Below are positions 59,140 through 64,000 of a stretch of DNA of 64,000 nt, piece by piece; the stretch's first letter is position 1, and the number at the start of each line of letters is the position of its first letter. The notes below the pieces were generated by a model that made no database searches, was not told the origin of the DNA, and worked only from the letters and a program-made list of their open reading frames with translations. The DNA lies in the NCBI GenBank assembly GCA_963796105.1, contig CAWCKJ010000004.1, forward strand, positions 864,001 to 928,000. The letters are read 5' to 3'. The DNA comes from a candidate division FCPU426 bacterium (GTDB taxonomy: Bacteria > Oederibacteriota > Muellerivitia > Muellerivitales > Muellerivitaceae). A program made the position numbers and the translations under genes.

Positions 59140-61302
59140 TCATGGCAAGTATTTCCCGGATCCGGTCAAATCAAGCGGGGTTTTAACGGCCCGTTGGAAA
59201 GCCTGATGGGCTTGTGATTCATTACCCGCCATGAGCCAGTAAATACCCAGTTGGTAATACAAGTGGGCGGCCCCATATCCATCGTGGACGGAATATTCCA
59301 AATCAGACAAACTGTCCTTTAAGGCTGGTTCGTTTAATAGGGCCGCGGGAACAGGTTGATTGAGGATTTCCAAATTAGCGGGGGTGTCGTCCATATGGAG
59401 GGCATTCAGGAAATTCCGCCGAAAACAAATGAGGGAGTCTATTTCGGCGAAAGAGGAATTCAAAAAAGGATCTCCTTTAAAGAAAGGCAAAGCCTGTCTT
59501 AAGCTTTGCTGAATATCGTCATAACCATGCCGCGGGTCAACGTCATTGTATCTTGCCCAGAAAGGGTTCAACGCCTGGTCCGCGGAAATCCAAAGTGGCA
59601 GGGTTTCATTGAGATTGGAATTAAGAGGTGCGACCCATAGCATCAATCCCCCGTCGGGAGGAGGGTGAATTTTGTCCAGCCAATAGACTTTTCCACCTGG
59701 ATATCTTTTCTCGAGGAAAGGCTGGTAATTCACGTTCGTTAACACACCCACCCAGGGAGTTCCTTTCTTCCCGGTTTGGCCGTGGAGGAGGTTAAAAGGA
59801 TAGGTGGCAAAATCGAGGAAAGGAGTCCAGGGTTTGCAGACAAACCGGGAAAAGATATAACCAGGCCCCCGTTCTGACTGCAAGCGATCGAGAAGGCGGT
59901 AAGTCTGGAGTGTTTCTGGGAGCGGTTTTTGTAGATTGATGGCTTCCCGGCTTTTAATAAGATTCACCGCGTCCAGCGCGCATGAAATGATGAAAACCAA
60001 AACCAATAGTGCCTTGGATTTAGGGCTCCCGGCCCGGGCCCAAAGGGTGAAAAAACCCAGAAGGATGGTTCCCATGAAAAAAGGGATAAGCGAGATGACG
60101 TGAAACCAGTTTGAATTGTTAGCCAGGAGGCAGGGAAGAAAAAGAACGATAAAACCAAGACCGGCCCATCGAATTAACATTTGAAGGCGGTATTTCCAAA
60201 GAACACCTATCCCAAGAAAGAAAAAAGCGCCTTCCAATGGGTTCAAGAATCCCCCCCACTGCGGGTTATAAGCGAAAGTTTTCGTCATTCCAGCCCAAAA
60301 AAACGAAGTGAAATAATATAGGTTCTTCCAAGGACTCCAAGGAATGCTGTTTTCAGGATTTGGGTGAGACCAGACAAGGCTGGTTAGATACCCCCCAAAA
60401 CCCACATGGAAAGCCGCCAGGACCAGGGGAGCCGCGGCCAGGATGGAACCCAGAAGAAACCAAGCCGTGTTGGAGGGTTTTAAAAGTCCTTGGCGAATCC
60501 CGCCCCATAAGGTAAGGCCAATTAAGAGGGCGACCAAGGGCCAGCCAAAATAGGTATAGAAACCGGCACCTACCCATAGACCCAGGAGGAAGAGAAGGGT
60601 TTTATGGGAGGAGAGGAGGGTTCTTGTGAAAAGTTTAGCAAGGATCCAGAAACCCATCGATTCCCAAAAGAGCATCAAGACCGCTTGGTGGGAAAATCGA
60701 CCAACAAAACAGGGCCAGAATTGAATGCACAATAAGGTTAGAAAGGAGAAAGCGAAGGAACGGGAGACAAAGGGGCGCAGGCCTTTCCATAAGAATAAAA
60801 TTGAAATCGACGAAAGGAAGGCCGGCAGGGCCCAAAGGGCCGCGAAGGAGACTCCCGCCACCTTGTATAACCCTGTAAGGAGCCAAATATAGAAAGGGGG
60901 CAGTTGGCTCCAATTGAAAAAGAAGTTCCAGATCCAGTTTTCCTTGAGCCGGATTGCGCAGAGGGAATTGAAGATCTCGTCGAGCAGGGGATAATCCAAA
61001 TAAGTCGTCAGCCGGTAAAATCTGGCGAGGCATCCCAGGCCCAGAACCAGAAACCACAACCATGGCCTCGCGGGAGGAAACCATTCCTTCCGGTAAAGAG
61101 GTTCCTCCGAGGGATCAGCCTTCGCCGTGGCTTTGAACCACAATCCCAAAGGCAGGAGCCATCCAAATAAACCAATCCACAACTGGGCTTGCAGGGGCAG
61201 GGAAGCATAGGACAAAAGGCCGTTGACCAAGGCGAAAAGCCAAAAGAAAGGCCAAGGATTTTGAAAAAAATTCTCCATACCCGCGTATTTAGGGTTTTCC
61301 AT
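59140..61302 (-). CDS. GT-C membrane glycosyltransferase, paralogue of 54814-56973
   Basis: Shared motifs DE...PPFY, WGGFLNPL, TNVNY.PFL and GDPFL. Confidence 0.8.
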   Translation of the reverse strand: MENPKYAGMENFFQNPWPFFWLFALVNGLLSYASLPLQAQLWIGLFGWLLPLGLWFKATAKADPSEEPLYRKEWFPPARPWLWFLVLGLGCLARFYRLTTYLDYPLLDEIFNSLCAIRLKENWIWNFFFNWSQLPPFYIWLLTGLYKVAGVSFAALWALPAFLSSISILFLWKGLRPFVSRSFAFSFLTLLCIQFWPCFVGRFSHQAVLMLFWESMGFWILAKLFTRTLLSSHKTLLFLLGLWVGAGFYTYFGWPLVALLIGLTLWGGIRQGLLKPSNTAWFLLGSILAAAPLVLAAFHVGFGGYLTSLVWSHPNPENSIPWSPWKNLYYFTSFFWAGMTKTFAYNPQWGGFLNPLEGAFFFLGIGVLWKYRLQMLIRWAGLGFIVLFLPCLLANNSNWFHVISLIPFFMGTILLGFFTLWARAGSPKSKALLVLVFIISCALDAVNLIKSREAINLQKPLPETLQTYRLLDRLQSERGPGYIFSRFVCKPWTPFLDFATYPFNLLHGQTGKKGTPWVGVLTNVNYQPFLEKRYPGGKVYWLDKIHPPPDGGLMLWVAPLNSNLNETLPLWISADQALNPFWARYNDVDPRHGYDDIQQSLRQALPFFKGDPFLNSSFAEIDSLICFRRNFLNALHMDDTPANLEILNQPVPAALLNEPALKDSLSDLEYSVHDGYGAAHLYYQLGIYWLMAGNESQAHQAFQRAVKTPLDLTGSGKYLP

Positions 61303-63517
61303 CGCGTCCCCCGGAAGGTGCCAGCAGTTTTTCGTATGTGGAGGCCTGGGTCAAGTCCAGTAGGGATCCTCTTGCCTTTTTAAAACATTCCCGAGCCTCT
61401 TGGTTTTTTTGCTGTATCGAATAAATCGATCCCAGTTTGAAATAAAGATGGGCGGAGGGATAACCTCTTTGGAGGGCCGTCTTTAGATATCGAAGAGCCT
61501 GTTCGGCCGCTTCCTGCTTTGTGCCAGCACGATTATCCCCGGCCATCATCCGGCGCGTGGAGAGATCGGCCATTTTCTCGTAGTAACAGGTTTCCAGGAG
61601 GGGATCTCCTTGGAATAAGGGGTATATTTTTTGAAGGGAATTTTCCATCGGCTCCATAGATTGGCCCGGAACGAATATGAGGCTCCGCTCAATGAAAGAC
61701 TTGAGGGAAGCCGAAGCTTTGAGCCAGCGTCGAAGGGTTTCCATTGGCATCTCTTTCCATGGAATTACCCAGAGCATCCATCCCCCGTCCGGGCTCCCGA
61801 CGTCCTTGGAAATCCACCAGGCTTGACCCGATGGAAATCTTTTTTTCATAAAGGGAAGAAGATTGGCGTTTGTGAGAAGCCCTGCCCAGGGCGCCAGTTG
61901 CGGGGATATCTCCGGGTGATCCGATAGGTTGAAACGCGAGACCGCCACCGAAAGGGTTTGATCCGAAAGGCCCGGCAAGAAATCGGCAAACAAGTAGCCT
62001 GGACCCTGGGTTTGGTTCAGTTTTTCCAGTTGGAGGAAAGCCTGGGCCCTGGGATAGGATTTATCATAACTTTTCCAATGATCCAGCGATTTCCAGATAG
62101 CGGGATAAGCCACGTAAAGGTGATAAAAATCCAAACCGGTCGAAAAAAACAGGATCGATGACAGGATTAGAATATTGCGCGCCGGACGCATGGAAATTAA
62201 ACGCTCCAATCCCTTGACCATCAAGATAGCCAGGACCGGGAAAACCAATATCAACCTGGAAGTCGCTCTTTCGGAGGTCAAAAGGCCCGGGAGGATGAAA
62301 AAAGGAAAAACGGTCAAAAGCCATTGATTTAAGCGGCTTCTGAAACCACGGGCGGCCTCGATCCCTCCCATGAAACAAAGGGCGCCAGCCAGTGGATTCA
62401 GGTAACCTCCCCAAACCGGCTGGTAGGTGTGATATTTCAAATCCATTCCCCAAAAGAGGGAGGCGATATAAGAAAAGGAAATGCTGATTTGATCTGACAA
62501 GCGGAGGGTCTGGCTTCCAGCGGAGAGGTGGTGAAGGTAAACCATCAGCTGTTTCAGGCCCTCCAGGGAAATGCCCCCCACCAAGGGAAACATGAAAACC
62601 GCGCAGGAAAGGAGGAAGGCCGGGAGAACTTTCCATTTCGTGAAGCGATTCAATTTACCCCCTACCCCGGCCCCCAAGACGACTGTCCCGCCAACAACCG
62701 CCGCGAGGAAAGGCCAATGCAAATAGGAGTAAAAGCCCACGCCCACCATGGCCCCCAGGGCCGCCGCCTGGCTAATTTTTCTGGCGGGTTCCTTCTCCGA
62801 CAGGTATCGGGTCAATAAGCCCAATGTCAGGCATTCCAAAAGAAGAACCAGTCCCGTCATCAAGGAAAAACGTCCGACATAAAGAGGCCAATAGCCGAAA
62901 CCGAAGAGTAGCGCTATGACCATTGAGAAAGAACGGTTGAAAAAACCGCGGGCCGCCCAATAAGAGGCCGGAAACAAGAGGGATGAAATCAAGGCCGGAA
63001 GAAACCAAAGGCTAAAAAGTGAAACCCCAAAACATTTGAAGGTAAACGCGAGAAGCCAAAGGTAAAGAGGGGGAGCCTGGCTGGGGCCATAAAGCATTTG
63101 CCAATCCCAATGACGGGAAAGTTGGGCGGCATAGAAGCCATACATTCCCTCATCGTAGAGGGGCCATGCCGAAAGGTTGGTGAGCTTGTAAAATCGGGCG
63201 AAAATAACCAAGGCCCCCAAGGGAAGCCAAATCCAAGGGGGAACCGCCGGTAAGAATTCCTTTTGATTTTGATAAAGGGAAGTTTCTACTGGCGAGGGAT
63301 CGGGAGAGGCGCGCCAGGCAATCAGGGAGGGAAAAATCAACCCAAACAAGATAATGCCCGAATTCACCCAAATCGGAAGGGAGAAATAGGAAATAATCGT
63401 GTTTGACAGAAAGAAAATAAATAAACAAGTCGCGGGGTTGGAGGAGAAAATATACCGAAACATAATTTTCATTTTGGCAATTTTACCTCGTTTTTCCCAG
63501 GTGAAATTTTCTTTCAA
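61289..63517 (-). CDS. GT-C membrane glycosyltransferase, third paralogue
   Basis: YDE...PPLY, WGGYLNPL, DGGWMLW, GDPLLE and GYPSAHLY. Confidence 0.8.
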   Translation of the reverse strand: MKENFTWEKRGKIAKMKIMFRYIFSSNPATCLFIFFLSNTIISYFSLPIWVNSGIILFGLIFPSLIAWRASPDPSPVETSLYQNQKEFLPAVPPWIWLPLGALVIFARFYKLTNLSAWPLYDEGMYGFYAAQLSRHWDWQMLYGPSQAPPLYLWLLAFTFKCFGVSLFSLWFLPALISSLLFPASYWAARGFFNRSFSMVIALLFGFGYWPLYVGRFSLMTGLVLLLECLTLGLLTRYLSEKEPARKISQAAALGAMVGVGFYSYLHWPFLAAVVGGTVVLGAGVGGKLNRFTKWKVLPAFLLSCAVFMFPLVGGISLEGLKQLMVYLHHLSAGSQTLRLSDQISISFSYIASLFWGMDLKYHTYQPVWGGYLNPLAGALCFMGGIEAARGFRSRLNQWLLTVFPFFILPGLLTSERATSRLILVFPVLAILMVKGLERLISMRPARNILILSSILFFSTGLDFYHLYVAYPAIWKSLDHWKSYDKSYPRAQAFLQLEKLNQTQGPGYLFADFLPGLSDQTLSVAVSRFNLSDHPEISPQLAPWAGLLTNANLLPFMKKRFPSGQAWWISKDVGSPDGGWMLWVIPWKEMPMETLRRWLKASASLKSFIERSLIFVPGQSMEPMENSLQKIYPLFQGDPLLETCYYEKMADLSTRRMMAGDNRAGTKQEAAEQALRYLKTALQRGYPSAHLYFKLGSIYSIQQKNQEARECFKKARGSLLDLTQASTYEKLLAPSGGRDGKP

Positions 63518-63734
63518 CTATAATAAATCAACGTTAAACAGCATAAACGAAGGTTTTTGTTTATTTTGGGGATCGCGGGAGAAGAAATCGTGATGAATTT
63601 GAAAGAAAAAATAAAATCGATAAACACACAGGAGCCGATTTATTACGCTGGCTGGGCGGTCTCCTGGTAACATCCATTTACAAATAAAATCACGGGAGAT
63701 TGTCCTGCCGAAGCATAGAATCCTTTTGTTTTCC

Positions 63735-64000
63735 ATGTTCTTTCTGTCCGGTTTTTGCGGACTCTCTTACCAAACCATTTGGATCAGGCTTGCCTACGCC
63801 CACTTCGGCATCACCACCCACGTGTTGTCGGTCATTCTATCGGTTTTCATGCTGGGGTTGGCGCTGGGAAGTTGGGCTGGCGGAATAGGGGCTGTTCCCT
63901 TGAGCCGCTGGACGGGAAGAACCATCTTCTTTTTTTACGCTGCCGTGGAGGTTTTTACGGGCTTGGGAGGCTGTGTGGTTCCCTGGCTTTTCTCCCAGGG
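63735..64000 (+). CDS. N-terminus of a membrane-fused spermidine-synthase-like protein, truncated by the window edge
   Basis: Manual translation MFFLSGFCGLSYQTIWIR...FG.T...SVILSVFMLGLALGSW...YAAVE; the true start may be a few codons upstream. Confidence 0.75.
   Translation, partial: MFFLSGFCGLSYQTIWIRLAYAHFGITTHVLSVILSVFMLGLALGSWAGGIGAVPLSRWTGRTIFFFYAAVEVFTGLGGCVVPWLFSQ

Noticed and set aside
54814..63517. Diversity-generating retroelement acting on the GT paralogues
   Set aside because: No reverse transcriptase and no near-identical repeat pair differing at adenines was seen

Overview
This 64-kb window comes from a diderm bacterium (it has a TonB receptor and an LPS-type GT2). I cannot assign the lineage from sequence alone. 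From left to right it holds: (1) a cobalamin uptake cluster with a B12 riboswitch before btuB; (2) an origin-type core block, rpmH-rnpA-yidD-yidC-jag-mnmE-mnmG-rsmG followed directly by recF-dciA-gyrB-gyrA, which carries two parS palindromes but no dnaA, dnaN, parA or parB, and has a tandem-HTH gene in the usual dnaA position; (3) a histidine-less membrane pseudokinase coupled to gyrA; (4) a sigma70-hspR-degP operon; (5) an accessory stretch with DinB, DoxX, a DUF4143 ATPase, Sel1, glycosyltransferases, glpE, EVE, an intact IS3, recQ, a PIN TA pair and ispH; (6) addBA; (7) an array of paralogous GT-C membrane glycosyltransferases. The most unusual signal is non-coding. A ~75-80 bp two-hairpin element (TGCC...GGCA, flanked by CA on both sides) occurs in 7 full copies and 1 partial copy. 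The full copies sit inside other palindromic repeats, which themselves carry micro-hairpin inserts. Related palindromes are inserted in frame into AddB and AddA.
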